DNA of 64,000 nucleotides from an uncultured Gemmatimonadaceae bacterium. Its GTDB lineage: Bacteria; Gemmatimonadota; Gemmatimonadetes; Gemmatimonadales; Gemmatimonadaceae. The DNA is taken from the NCBI GenBank assembly GCA_963843845.1, contig CAWJMB010000002.1:2848001-2912000 (forward strand), in the 5' to 3' direction. Under the pieces are notes generated by a model. The model was not told where the DNA came from, did no database searches, and saw nothing but the letters and a program-made list of their open reading frames with translations. The translations under genes and the position numbers were made by a program. Below, one piece after another: positions 51,260 through 60,771 of this stretch (its first letter is position 1; the number at the start of each line of letters is the position of its first letter).

Positions 51260-52357
51260 TCACCCCGGGCGATCGTTCGGCCCGTCTCGAGCGCGAGGCG
51301 GCGATCGATCGACGGGTCGGATGGTCAGTTCGTGATCGGGGTGGTCCCGGCGCTCACCGCCGCCCGACGCCCGCCGATCGGCGCGCCGCAGTCGCACCTC
51401 CTCGACCGCGTGCTCCGCTCCCTTCCGCAGAATGACCGTCGCCCGCTCGCGCGTGCCGACGATGTTCTCGTGCAGATTCACGAGATTGATCTCGCGCCAG
51501 ATCCGGCGCGCCGTCTCGATCGCCTCCTCCTCGGTGAGGAGCGAGAAGCGGTGAAAGAACGACTCGGGCTGTCGGAACGCCGTGTCGCGCAGGGTGAGGA
51601 AGCGCCGCACGTACCACCGCTCGAGACTCGCCTCGTCCGCATCGACGTAGATCGAGAAGTCGAAGAAGTCCGACACGAACACGCGTGACCCGCTCGCCGA
51701 CTCGCGCCGTCCGACCGGCCCCTGCAGCACGTTGATCCCTTCGACGATGAGGACGTCCGGACGCGCGATCGGCATCGACTCGTCGGCGACGAGGTCGTAC
51801 GTGAGGTGGGAGTACACAGGCGCGTGCGCCTCCGGAACGCCCGCCTTCACGTCGGCGAGAAAGCGCAGCAGCCGGGCGACGTCGTAGCTCTCGGGAAATC
51901 CTTTGCGCGACATGAGGCCGCGCGCCTCGAGCTCGGCGTTCGGCAGCAGAAAGCCGTCGGTCGTCACGAGCGCGACGGTCGGATGCGCCGGCCACCGCGC
52001 GAGCAGCGCCCGCAGCACGCGCGCGATCGTGCTCTTCCCGACCGCCACGCTCCCCGCCACGCCGATGATGAACGGCGGCGAGATCGAGGGCCGGCCGAGG
52101 AACGTGTCCGTGACCTGGCGCAGACGACGCGCCGCGCCGACGTGCAGGTTGATGAGGCGCGACAGCGGCAGGAAGATCTCCGCGACCTCGTCCACGGGCA
52201 TCGGCTCGTTCACCCCGCGCAGCGATTCCAGCTCGTCCTCGCGCAACAACAGCGGCGTGTTCGCGCGCAGCGGCGCCCACTCGGCGCGCGTGAACGACAT
52301 GAACGGCGGCGCGCTCGGCGCGCCGTCGGGCGCGAGAGGGGTGATCGCGGAGGACAT
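51260..52357 (-). CDS. coaA: Type I pantothenate kinase
   Basis: [53 protein letters not shown]. Confidence 0.95.
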   Translation of the reverse strand: MSSAITPLAPDGAPSAPPFMSFTRAEWAPLRANTPLLLREDELESLRGVNEPMPVDEVAEIFLPLSRLINLHVGAARRLRQVTDTFLGRPSISPPFIIGVAGSVAVGKSTIARVLRALLARWPAHPTVALVTTDGFLLPNAELEARGLMSRKGFPESYDVARLLRFLADVKAGVPEAHAPVYSHLTYDLVADESMPIARPDVLIVEGINVLQGPVGRRESASGSRVFVSDFFDFSIYVDADEASLERWYVRRFLTLRDTAFRQPESFFHRFSLLTEEEAIETARRIWREINLVNLHENIVGTRERATVILRKGAEHAVEEVRLRRADRRASGGGERRDHPDHELTIRPVDRSPPRARDGPNDRPG

Positions 52358-52388
52358 GCGCCGGGAATGATAGTGGCGCGCGCCGACG

Positions 52389-52985
52389 TCAGGGCGTGGG
52401 CGGGCGGTGTCGCTCTCCCTCCAGCGACTTCCGGATCTGCTCCGTCAGCTCCTGCTCGATCTTGTCGGCGTCGAGCGGTTGGAGCATCCGCGCCAGCTCC
52501 GGGTCGTCCGCGACGCGATGCCCGAGCCGGCCATACAGGCCGGCGACGAGCTGCAACACCTTCGTCACCTCTTCCTCGACGCGGAGGTTCACCGCGAGCG
52601 TGACCTCCTCGCGCAGCTCCGCGATGTGCGACTCGCGATTCTGAGACATCAGCACGAAGAGCGAGAGGAAGATCGCCTCGAGCGACACGATCATCGTCAG
52701 CAGCCCGAACGGAAACGGGTCGAACGCCCGACGCCCGGCACCGACGTTGAGAGTGATCCAGGTCGCGAACCACGCGGCGTGCACGACCAGGAACCACGTC
52801 GAGCCAGCGGCCTCGGTCAGACGGTTCGCGATCCGCTCGACCCACGTGCGCTCGGCGGCGTGCCGCGCCTTGATCGCGTTGACGGCGCGCGCGGTCCCTT
52901 CGCGCCGGTGACGGCGATTCCGCCCCGATGCCTCCCCGTACGACTCGGCGCTCGCGGGCGCGTTCCGCGCGTCGGGCTGGTTCAT
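52389..52985 (-). CDS. DUF1003 membrane protein
   Basis: [40 protein letters not shown]. Confidence 0.9.
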   Translation of the reverse strand: MNQPDARNAPASAESYGEASGRNRRHRREGTARAVNAIKARHAAERTWVERIANRLTEAAGSTWFLVVHAAWFATWITLNVGAGRRAFDPFPFGLLTMIVSLEAIFLSLFVLMSQNRESHIAELREEVTLAVNLRVEEEVTKVLQLVAGLYGRLGHRVADDPELARMLQPLDADKIEQELTEQIRKSLEGERHRPPTP

Positions 52986-53003
52986 GCGCGACGGGCGCAT
53001 GCG

Positions 53004-53030
53004 AAAAGCACGCCCGACTTCGGGCGTGCT
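53004..53030 (-). terminator. Intrinsic terminator of the lipoprotein gene
   Basis: AGCACGCCCG-ACTT-CGGGCGTGCT perfect 10-bp stem, running into TTTT on the minus strand. Confidence 0.75.
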
Positions 53031-53055
53031 CGTTTCGCCGCCGCGGACACGTCGA

Positions 53056-53628
53056 TCAGAACGGCACGGGAACGCGGTGCTTGTCGACGTTGTTGCCGAC
53101 CACTGCCCCCGCCGCGGCGCCGACGACGGCACCGAGCAGCCCACCCTTCAGGCGGTCCTTCCGCGCGCTCGTCGCGACGCCGATCGCCGCGCCGGCCGCG
53201 GCTCCGATCGCCGCGTCACGCGCGCCGTGCTTCACGGTCGTCGTCTGCGGCTGCGGCGCGCGGTACACGCCACCGCCGCTCGACGAGCCGGTGCTGCGGC
53301 CGCCGCTCGACGCCGAACGGGTACGGTAGACCACGCGCTCGACCGCGCGCGGTGCGGGTGCCGGCGCCGTGTACGGCCCGGCGACGTAGCCGGCTTGCGT
53401 CGGCGCGGCGCCGTACGGGTAGGCCGCCGGCGGGCCATACGGATACCCCTGCGCCGCGAGCTCCTGCGGCGACACGAACTGCTGCGCACGGTACGCCTGC
53501 GCCTGTGACGCGAGCGAGAGGTCGCTCTGCAACGACGCGTCGGCCGCCGGGGCGTCCTTGCCGCCGCACGCCGTGGCGAGCACGAGGGCCGAACCGAGAG
53601 CGAGCTTCGCGAACGAGTGAGTCTGCAT
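53056..53628 (-). CDS. Lipoprotein with C-terminal glycine-zipper motif
   Basis: Lipobox LATAC; RDAAIGAAAGAAIG...KGGLLGAVVGAAAGAVVG; GGAGG RBS. Confidence 0.85.
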   Translation of the reverse strand: MQTHSFAKLALGSALVLATACGGKDAPAADASLQSDLSLASQAQAYRAQQFVSPQELAAQGYPYGPPAAYPYGAAPTQAGYVAGPYTAPAPAPRAVERVVYRTRSASSGGRSTGSSSGGGVYRAPQPQTTTVKHGARDAAIGAAAGAAIGVATSARKDRLKGGLLGAVVGAAAGAVVGNNVDKHRVPVPF

Positions 53629-53660
53629 CTGAGCCTCCGAGTGGAATCCACCCCTCAGTT

Positions 53661-53676
53661 GGCACGATGGATACCA
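53661..53676 (-). promoter_or_regulatory. Candidate sigma-54 promoter for the glycine-zipper lipoprotein
   Basis: Minus strand TGGTAT-CCATC-GTGCC (GG-N10-GC), about 32 nt before ATG. Confidence 0.35.
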
Positions 53677-53786
53677 GGCGTTAGCGCCCCGACGGCGCGA
53701 TTAACTCTGCCGATCGTCCGCTCGGGAGACATCGCTGTTCTCTGGGGCGGACGCCGGGGCGGACGGTGCGCGTTTACATTTCGCGC

Positions 53787-54716
53787 ATGGCGACGACCCC
53801 GTTCACGATCGGCATCATCCAGGATCACGCGACGAGCGAGGCGGCGGAAAACGTCGACCGCGCGATCGCCCTCATTCGCCAGGCGGCAGAGCGCGGCGCG
53901 CAGATCGTCTGCCTGAAAGAGCTGTTCAACACGCCGTATTTCGCGAAGTCGACGAAGGTCGAGCACTTCGACCTCGCCGAGCCGGTGCCGGGGCCGATCA
54001 CGGATCGGATGCAGGCACTCGCGAAGGAGCTGGCCGTCGTCATCGTCGTCCCGATCTTCGTGCGCCGCGCGGCGGGGCTGTACATGAACTCCGCCGTGGT
54101 CATCGACGCCGACGGATCGCTGCTCGGCGTGTACGACAAGATGCACATCCCGCACGACCCGATGTTCGAGGAGAAGTACTACTTCACCCCGGGCGACGCG
54201 CACCTCGACTATCACGGCGAGCAGCCGGGGCAGGCGAACGGCTTCAAGGTCTGGAAGACGCGCTACGCGAACGTCGGCGTTCTCGTCTGCTGGGATCAGT
54301 GGTATCCAGAGGCGGCGCGCATCACCGCGCTGCTGGGCGCCGACGTGCTGTTCTATCCGACGGCGATCGGCTGGCACCCGGCGGAGAAGGACACGTGGGG
54401 CGAGGCGCAGGTGCAGGCGTGGCGCACCGCCCAGCGGGCGCACGCGATCGCCAACGGGGTGTGGGTCGCCAGCCCGAACCGCGTCGGCCACGAGGACGAG
54501 CCGGGCACGAACGGGCTCGAGTTCTTCGGCCACTCGTTCATCGCCGACCCGTTCGGCCGCGTCGTCGCCGAAGCCGGAACGGAGGAGGCGATCCTCGTGC
54601 ACACGTGCGACCCGCGGCTGCAGGAAGAGGTGCGCCGCAACTGGCCGTTCCTTCGCGATCGACGGGTCGACGCGTACCGGCCGATCCTGAATCGGTACCT
54701 CGGGACGGCGCGCTGA
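53787..54716 (+). CDS. aguB: Carbon-nitrogen hydrolase, probable N-carbamoylputrescine amidase
   Basis: ELF, KMHIPHDP.FEEKYYFTPGD, VCWDQWYPE, YPTAIGW; adjacent to agmatine deiminase. Confidence 0.85.
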   Translation: MATTPFTIGIIQDHATSEAAENVDRAIALIRQAAERGAQIVCLKELFNTPYFAKSTKVEHFDLAEPVPGPITDRMQALAKELAVVIVVPIFVRRAAGLYMNSAVVIDADGSLLGVYDKMHIPHDPMFEEKYYFTPGDAHLDYHGEQPGQANGFKVWKTRYANVGVLVCWDQWYPEAARITALLGADVLFYPTAIGWHPAEKDTWGEAQVQAWRTAQRAHAIANGVWVASPNRVGHEDEPGTNGLEFFGHSFIADPFGRVVAEAGTEEAILVHTCDPRLQEEVRRNWPFLRDRRVDAYRPILNRYLGTAR

Positions 54717-54718
54717 CC

Positions 54719-55795
54719 GTGCCGCCCTACCGCATGCCTGCCGAGTGGGAGCGCCACGACGCGACGTGGATCGCGTGGCCGCACCACGAGCCCGACTGGC
54801 CCGGCAAGCTCGGCCCGATTCCGTGGGTCTACGCCGAGATCGTGCGTGCGCTGCATCGGTCCGAGCGCGTCGAGATTCTCTGTCACGACGACGCCGTGCG
54901 CGAGTCGGCGCGCGGCGTGCTCGTCGCGCACGGCGTTGCAGCCGACGACGCGTCGCGCGTCCGGCTGCACGTGACGCCGAACGACCGCGTGTGGCTGCGT
55001 GACTCGGGCCCGACCGGCGTCCTCGGTGCGACGGGTGACCCGACGTGGCTGAACTGGGCGTTCAACGGCTGGGCGAAGTACGACAACTACGGGGCCGACG
55101 CGAACGTCGGGCGCGTGTTCGCGAGCGTGTCCGGGATCGACCGCGTCGAGCCGCTGCGGCCGGACGGGCGAGGGCGCCTCGTGCTCGAGGGCGGGGGCAT
55201 CGAGACGAACGGGGCCGGGGTGATGCTGGTCACCGAAGAGTGGCTCCTGTCCGACGTCCAGGTGCGGAACCCCGGTCTCACGCGCGAGCACTACGAGCGC
55301 GCGTTCCGCGACTGGCTCGGCGTTCGCCAGACGCTCTGGCTTGGCGAAGGGTGCGTCGGCGACGACACGCACGGACACGTCGACGACGTCGCTCGCTTCG
55401 TGACGGTCGACACGGTCGTGCTCGCGCACGAAGAGGATCCGGCCGACGAGAACCACCGCCGCTCCCTCGACAACCTCGACCGCCTGCATGCGGCCGCCGG
55501 GGCGCATGGTGCGCTCCGCGTCGTGACGCTTCCCTTCCCGCGCCCCGTGACGATGGACGGCGTGCGCCTCCCGGCGAGCTACGCGAACTTCTACATCGCG
55601 AACGGCGTGGTGCTCGTGCCCACGTTCAACGACCGCAACGACCGCATCGCGCTGAACACGCTGGCCGAGCTGTTTCCGGATCGCGAGGTCGTCGGCATCC
55701 ACGCCGTCGACCTCGTGTGGGGGCTCGGGACGCTGCACTGCCTCACGCAGCAACAGCCGGCCGCGCAGCCGCTCGCGGCCAGGAGCGCGGCATGA
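54719..55795 (+). CDS. aguA: Agmatine deiminase (PAD_porph family)
   Basis: RMPAEWE, WLRDSGP, FNGWAKY, LEGGGI, DDTHGHVDD, ASYANFY, GTLHCLTQQQP. Confidence 0.92.
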   Translation: MPPYRMPAEWERHDATWIAWPHHEPDWPGKLGPIPWVYAEIVRALHRSERVEILCHDDAVRESARGVLVAHGVAADDASRVRLHVTPNDRVWLRDSGPTGVLGATGDPTWLNWAFNGWAKYDNYGADANVGRVFASVSGIDRVEPLRPDGRGRLVLEGGGIETNGAGVMLVTEEWLLSDVQVRNPGLTREHYERAFRDWLGVRQTLWLGEGCVGDDTHGHVDDVARFVTVDTVVLAHEEDPADENHRRSLDNLDRLHAAAGAHGALRVVTLPFPRPVTMDGVRLPASYANFYIANGVVLVPTFNDRNDRIALNTLAELFPDREVVGIHAVDLVWGLGTLHCLTQQQPAAQPLAARSAA

Positions 55796-56385
55796 GCGCG
55801 CCGCTTCCCCCCTGGGCGACCACGCGGCAGGGTGGGCCGCCGGCGGCCGACTCGCCGCTCGACCGTCAGTACGCGGCGTTCATCGGGCCGCGCTGGACGA
55901 CGTACCGGCGCAAGTTCGCGCCGTTCTTCGACGACCCGCGCTTCCAGCCGACGTGGAACTGGTCGGCCGGCCTGTTCACGCCGGTCTGGTTTCTCTACCG
56001 AAAGCTGTACCTGCCGTTCGTGTTCTTCTGGGTCATCCCCGGCGTCGTGTTCCGCATGCTCTGGGACGGCGATCCGCCGACGATGCGTGCGATCGGCGCG
56101 TCCGGCGGCGCGCCGTCGCCGGCGATGACCGACGCCGCGCTCGTGCTGTTCGGCGTGCAGCTCTCGGCGATGCTGCTCGCAGGAGGGTCGGCGAACTACC
56201 TGCTGTTCCGGCGCGCGAAGGCCGCGATCCGGCTCGCCCAACAGGGCGCCTTCGATGCGCCGACGCTGCTCACCCGGCTGGAGCGGTTCGGCAGCGTGAA
56301 CCGCACGGGGGTCTTCGTCGTGATCGCCGTCGTGCTCTTCGGTGCGGTCGCGGCGATGAACGGGGCGGGAGGCGCCGCGCGCTAA
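55792..56385 (+). CDS. DUF2628-like membrane protein
   Basis: FIGP...YRRKF...TWNWSAGLFTPVWFLYRKLY...ANYL. Confidence 0.78.
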   Translation: MSAPLPPWATTRQGGPPAADSPLDRQYAAFIGPRWTTYRRKFAPFFDDPRFQPTWNWSAGLFTPVWFLYRKLYLPFVFFWVIPGVVFRMLWDGDPPTMRAIGASGGAPSPAMTDAALVLFGVQLSAMLLAGGSANYLLFRRAKAAIRLAQQGAFDAPTLLTRLERFGSVNRTGVFVVIAVVLFGAVAAMNGAGGAAR

Positions 56386-56495
56386 GCGCCGCGCCCTCAG
56401 CCACTTAGAGCGGAACGCGGGGTCGATCTTCGGGTACTGTTCGGACGAGGGGTTTGCTCCGATTCACGTAGCCGACGACCGAAGGAACGCTGTCG

Positions 56496-57761
56496 ATGGA
56501 TACCCGCCGTAAGCTCGCCGTCCTCGCGGATGCCGCGCGGTTCGACGCGCCGTGCGCTCGCCGCGTCGGCCCCGACCGCCCCGGCGCGTCGACCCACGCC
56601 GCCCTGCCGGTGATCGAGCCGCTCGACCACCCCGAGGACCTCGGCATCTGCTACGCGATCGCCGCCGACGGCCGGCGCGTCGCGCTGCTCAAGGTGCTGC
56701 TCACGAACCACTGCATCCACGACTGCGGCTATTGCGTGAACCGCCGGTCCGCGGATGTCGAGCGGGCGCGCTTCACGGTCGAGGAGATCGTGCGCCTCGT
56801 GCTCGAGCGCCACCGGCAGGGCGCGATCGACGGCCTGTTCCTCTCCTCCGGCGTGATGCGCAGCGCCGACTACACGATGGAGCAGATGAACGGCGTCGCC
56901 CGCTCGCTGCGACGCGACCACGCGTTCGACGGCTACATCCACCTGAAGGCGATCCCCGAGGCGAGCCCCGAGCTGATCGAAGAGGCGGGGCGCTGGGCCG
57001 ACCGCCTCAGCGTGAACGTGGAGCTGCCGACGCAGCAGCACCTCGACGCGCTCGCGCCGGGACGCCGGCTCGTGACGATCGCGCGCGCGATGGGCCGCAT
57101 CCGCGACGGCATCGCCGAGTCGGAGGACGCGCAACGGCGGTACGTGCGGGCGCCGGCGTTCGCGCCGGCCGGCCAGGTGACGCAGATGGTCGTCGGCGCC
57201 GACGATTCGAGCGACCGGCAGATCCTGTCCGTCGCGACGACGCTCTACGACCGGCAGCGGCTGCGGCGCGTCTACTACGGCACGTACGTGCCGATCGCCG
57301 GCGGGCCGGACGCCGCGCCGACGGCCGTCGACGGCATCTCGCTCGCCCGCGAGCACCGCCTCTATCAGGCCGACTGGCTGCTACGACAGTACGGCTTCGC
57401 GCTTCCCGAGCTCGTTCCCGACGACCAGCCGAACCTCGCGCTCGACATGGACCCGAAGCTCGCGTGGGCGTTGCGGCGGCGCGACCAGTTTCCGGTCGAC
57501 CTGAATCGCGCGTCGCGTCAGGAGCTGCTCCGCGTGCCCGGGCTCGGGCGCACCTCGGTCGACGCGCTGCTCAGGCTGCGACGCACGCGCCGGGTACGTA
57601 CGTCGGACCTCGTGCCGCTCAGGGTGCCGCTCGCGCGGACGCTCCCGTTCATCGTCGCGGCAGACGAGAACCCTGCGCTGCGCCTGCTCGACTCGGCGAC
57701 GCTGCGCGACCGGCTCGCGCCGAAGCACGCGCAGCTCGATCTGTTCCGCGCCGCGAGCTAG
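56496..57761 (+). CDS. Putative DNA modification/repair radical SAM protein (TIGR03916-like) with HhH tail
   Basis: KLAVLADAARFD, LKVLLTNHCIHDCGYC, GLFLSSG, GYIHLK, REHRLYQADWLLR, FPVDLNRA, LLRVPGLG. Confidence 0.92.
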   Translation: MDTRRKLAVLADAARFDAPCARRVGPDRPGASTHAALPVIEPLDHPEDLGICYAIAADGRRVALLKVLLTNHCIHDCGYCVNRRSADVERARFTVEEIVRLVLERHRQGAIDGLFLSSGVMRSADYTMEQMNGVARSLRRDHAFDGYIHLKAIPEASPELIEEAGRWADRLSVNVELPTQQHLDALAPGRRLVTIARAMGRIRDGIAESEDAQRRYVRAPAFAPAGQVTQMVVGADDSSDRQILSVATTLYDRQRLRRVYYGTYVPIAGGPDAAPTAVDGISLAREHRLYQADWLLRQYGFALPELVPDDQPNLALDMDPKLAWALRRRDQFPVDLNRASRQELLRVPGLGRTSVDALLRLRRTRRVRTSDLVPLRVPLARTLPFIVAADENPALRLLDSATLRDRLAPKHAQLDLFRAAS

Positions 57762-58996
57762 CGAAGCCCGCGGCGCCGGGACGCGAGCCGCGCGATCGCC
57801 GCCAGGGCGGCGAGCCACGCGAGCCAGACGGCGCGCTCCGGCGGGTGCAGCGTCGTCGCCGTCTGCCAGACGAGGGTCGGGACCGTCGCGCCCACCGCGA
57901 GCCACGACGCAGCGCCCGGCCGTCGTCGCGCGACGACGGTGACGGCGCCGGCGCCGATCGCGTCTTCGATCCGGCCGCCGAGCGCGCTCGGCGCGAGCGT
58001 GCGCCAGCCGGGGATGCGAAGCAGGTTCCACGCGACGACCGTGCGCCCCCAGCCGTGATGATTCGACCCCGCGACGCGCGTGATGCCTAACGACTCGGCG
58101 CGCGTGTCGATCGCGTTCCGCTCGCGGTCGCCCTGCCACAGTCCTTTCGGCGCGCCGTCGACGATCTCGACGGCGCGCATGAACGGCGGCGTGTCGCGCG
58201 TCGCCGCCGTCGCCGTGGCGAGCACCGGTCCCGGGATCGTCGCGATCGTGAGCGGCGGCCGCCCGGTCGCGAGCGTCGCCGCGTCGAGGTGCTGGCGCAC
58301 GACGAGCGCGCTGTCGGCCGGCGTCGCGCCGAGGAAGACGGCGTTGAGATCGCCGACGTAGCCCTCGAGCGCCGAGAGGAGCACGACCCCGTCACCGGCG
58401 CGGCGGGGGTTCGTCGTGAGCGCGAGGCGGACGCCGCGCCACGAGCGGTGATCGCTGACATAGGCCGCGTCGAAGCCTCCCGCGGCGTGCCACGCCCGGC
58501 GCCGGCCGACGTCGAACCACCGCGGCACGTCGGGCGACGCGTTCGTGTGCGCGTGCACGTCGACCCGCACCACGTCGGGACTGGCGGCGACGAGCCGCGC
58601 CATCGGGCGCTCGAGCAATGTCGCTGCGGCGTAGCTCGCGAACGTCGTCGCGGCCATCGCCGCGAGCACCAGCGACGCCCGTCTCGGTCGCACGCGTCGC
58701 CCTCGCCACCACGCCATCCAGACGGCGAGCGCCGTGCACCAGAGCGCGACGTGCTGCGGCAGCGAGAGCAGCGACAGCGCGTCGCACACCCGGGACACGG
58801 GCGACAGCAGCACGTAGCCGAGCGGGAGCTCGAGTCGCGCGCTCGCCGGCGGGCCGGCGAGCGTCACGAGATCCGGCTGCGCCGCGGCGGCCGACAGCAC
58901 GACCAGTAGCGCGCCGATGATCGTGGGGACCGCCGCGGACGATCTGGGCCGGTCGCGCGCGCCGTCACGCGAACGCAGCGACGCGCCCGCCCTCAC
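57758..58996 (-). CDS. Membrane-anchored PHP-like metallo-phosphoesterase
   Basis: N-terminal TMs, DVHAHTNASPD, SDH, GSNHHGW, C-terminal TM; GTGA overlap with the GT2 stop. Confidence 0.68.
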   Translation of the reverse strand: MRAGASLRSRDGARDRPRSSAAVPTIIGALLVVLSAAAAQPDLVTLAGPPASARLELPLGYVLLSPVSRVCDALSLLSLPQHVALWCTALAVWMAWWRGRRVRPRRASLVLAAMAATTFASYAAATLLERPMARLVAASPDVVRVDVHAHTNASPDVPRWFDVGRRRAWHAAGGFDAAYVSDHRSWRGVRLALTTNPRRAGDGVVLLSALEGYVGDLNAVFLGATPADSALVVRQHLDAATLATGRPPLTIATIPGPVLATATAATRDTPPFMRAVEIVDGAPKGLWQGDRERNAIDTRAESLGITRVAGSNHHGWGRTVVAWNLLRIPGWRTLAPSALGGRIEDAIGAGAVTVVARRRPGAASWLAVGATVPTLVWQTATTLHPPERAVWLAWLAALAAIARLASRRRGLR

Positions 58997-59883
58997 ACCG
59001 CGGCGACCGATCGCGCGAGCGACGACTCGACCGGCGTGCCCGCGCGGCGCACGGTCAGGCGTGCGTCCGGCTGCAGCTCCGCGATGCCCAGCCGCGAGCG
59101 CGTCACGCCGTCGCGCTGGATCGCCTGCCGAACGCGGTCGTTCGCGCGCCACTGCGCGCGATCGACGTACGGCCGCGCGTGGTCGAGGTGCACGCACACG
59201 GCGCGGTGGCGCACTTGCCGCCCGACCACGCCGGCGTTGCGCAGCAGCGCGCCGAACGCCCGGTCGAGCCCGCCGTAGCCGAGTTGCGCGTCGAAGCCGT
59301 TCGCGTCGAGCACGAGCGATCGCCACGTCGACGCATTGTGCCCGTTCCACGTGCGGCGCGTCGGCGTCACGCGGTCGAGCAGCCCGGCGAGCGACGGCGA
59401 CCGCACGAGCCGCAGCGCGCGACGATCGGCGCGCCACCCCGCGTCGCGCAGCCAGGGCAGTGAGAGCGCGCGTCCGGCTCGCACGTCGTCGGTCGTCACG
59501 CGCCCCGTGACCGACGCCGGCAGCTTCACGTACCCGCCCGAGAGGAACACACCGGGCCGCGCGAGGCGTGCGTGGGCGTCGACGAAGTCGTCGCGCGGAA
59601 CGCAGTCGCCGTCGGAGAACACGAGGTAGTCGCCCGCGGACGCGACGATCGCGCGGTTCAGGATCGTCGTCTTGCGGAAGCCGTCGTCGGCGTGCCAGAC
59701 GTGCGTGATCGAGAGCCCCGTCGCGTCGGCCGTGCGGTCGATGACGTCGGCCGTGCGCGCGTCCGAGCCGTCGTCCGCGATGACGACGTCGAAGTCGGCG
59801 AACGACTGCATGGCGTAACCCCAGAGCACGCGCTCCAGGTGCCCGGGCTGATTGTACGTCGTTAGGATGACCGAGATGCGCAT
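58993..59883 (-). CDS. GT2 glycosyltransferase
   Basis: ISVILTTYN, IADDGS, WHADDGFRK, FSDGDC, NGFD, HLDH. Confidence 0.93.
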   Translation of the reverse strand: MRISVILTTYNQPGHLERVLWGYAMQSFADFDVVIADDGSDARTADVIDRTADATGLSITHVWHADDGFRKTTILNRAIVASAGDYLVFSDGDCVPRDDFVDAHARLARPGVFLSGGYVKLPASVTGRVTTDDVRAGRALSLPWLRDAGWRADRRALRLVRSPSLAGLLDRVTPTRRTWNGHNASTWRSLVLDANGFDAQLGYGGLDRAFGALLRNAGVVGRQVRHRAVCVHLDHARPYVDRAQWRANDRVRQAIQRDGVTRSRLGIAELQPDARLTVRRAGTPVESSLARSVAAV

Positions 59884-60763
59884 GACGAGCTGCTCACGAG
59901 CGCCGCAGCACCAATTCTACGCGCCGGCCCCGCGCCGCGCGGCCCCGTCGCTCGCGACGATCGTCGCGGTCGCGACGTTCACCACACCCGGCGCGGCGCG
60001 CGCGCAGCTCCGCCCGCTCGACCCGCTGGACTGGTCCGCGCTGCGCAGCGACGTCACGACGAGCGGTTGGATCGGCGCCGGCCGCTTCGCCGACCAGCGC
60101 GCCTCGCTCGCCGGCGTGCAGGGACGCCTCACCGAAGCCGGCAACTTCCTCGTCGCGTGGCGCACCGGGCGCGTGCTGCTCGAGGCGGGGGGCACCGTGC
60201 AGCGCACGTTCCGCGACGACTCGGTCTACCGTGGCGCGCTCCCGGGCGTGCGCGGTGATCGCGGCCCGGGTGTTCGACGCTCCGGCTCCGGCGACTACCG
60301 GGTCTTCACGACGGTGCTGCTCACGCCCCCGACGTCGTCCGTCCGCGCCGCGACGCGGTTCGGCACGCGGCTGCCGACGACCGACAACCGCAACGGGCTC
60401 GATCGCGATCTCACCGACTTCTACGGACTGATCGATCTCGGCTACACGCGCGGCCCGTTCGACGCCGCGCTCGAGACGGGGATCGGGATCGTCGGAACGC
60501 GGTTCGAGGACTACGAGCAGGCGGACATCGTGCAGTACGCCGGCACCCTCTCCTACCGCATCGGCGCGCTGACGCCGTCGGTCATGCTGCTCGGCCAGGC
60601 GACGACGGCGGACTTCCAGGCATTCGGCACCGAGAATCTCGCCGAAGTGCGCCCGACGGTGCAGCTCGGCGCGCGACGGTGGGTGCGCGTCGCCGGCGTG
60701 TTCGGGCTCGCGCGCCACAGCCCGTCGCGCGGTGTGCTCGTGAGCGCGGGGCTGCGTCGTTAG
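59876..60763 (+). CDS. Putative outer-membrane beta-barrel protein
   Basis: Signal ending ARAQ, alternating beta strands, GD...RFGTRLPTTD motif, C-terminal GVLVSAG; TAGGAT 7 nt before ATG 59876. Confidence 0.72.
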   Translation: MRMTSCSRAPQHQFYAPAPRRAAPSLATIVAVATFTTPGAARAQLRPLDPLDWSALRSDVTTSGWIGAGRFADQRASLAGVQGRLTEAGNFLVAWRTGRVLLEAGGTVQRTFRDDSVYRGALPGVRGDRGPGVRRSGSGDYRVFTTVLLTPPTSSVRAATRFGTRLPTTDNRNGLDRDLTDFYGLIDLGYTRGPFDAALETGIGIVGTRFEDYEQADIVQYAGTLSYRIGALTPSVMLLGQATTADFQAFGTENLAEVRPTVQLGARRWVRVAGVFGLARHSPSRGVLVSAGLRR

Positions 60764-60771
60764 GCACCTGC

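Noticed and set aside
51260..51390. About 40-aa C-terminal extension on CoaA
   Set aside because: Low-complexity read-through into a convergent intergenic region; may be an indel or a drifted stop
56386..56495. SOS/LexA box upstream of the radical SAM gene
   Set aside because: No convincing palindrome or direct repeat matching LexA boxes I know
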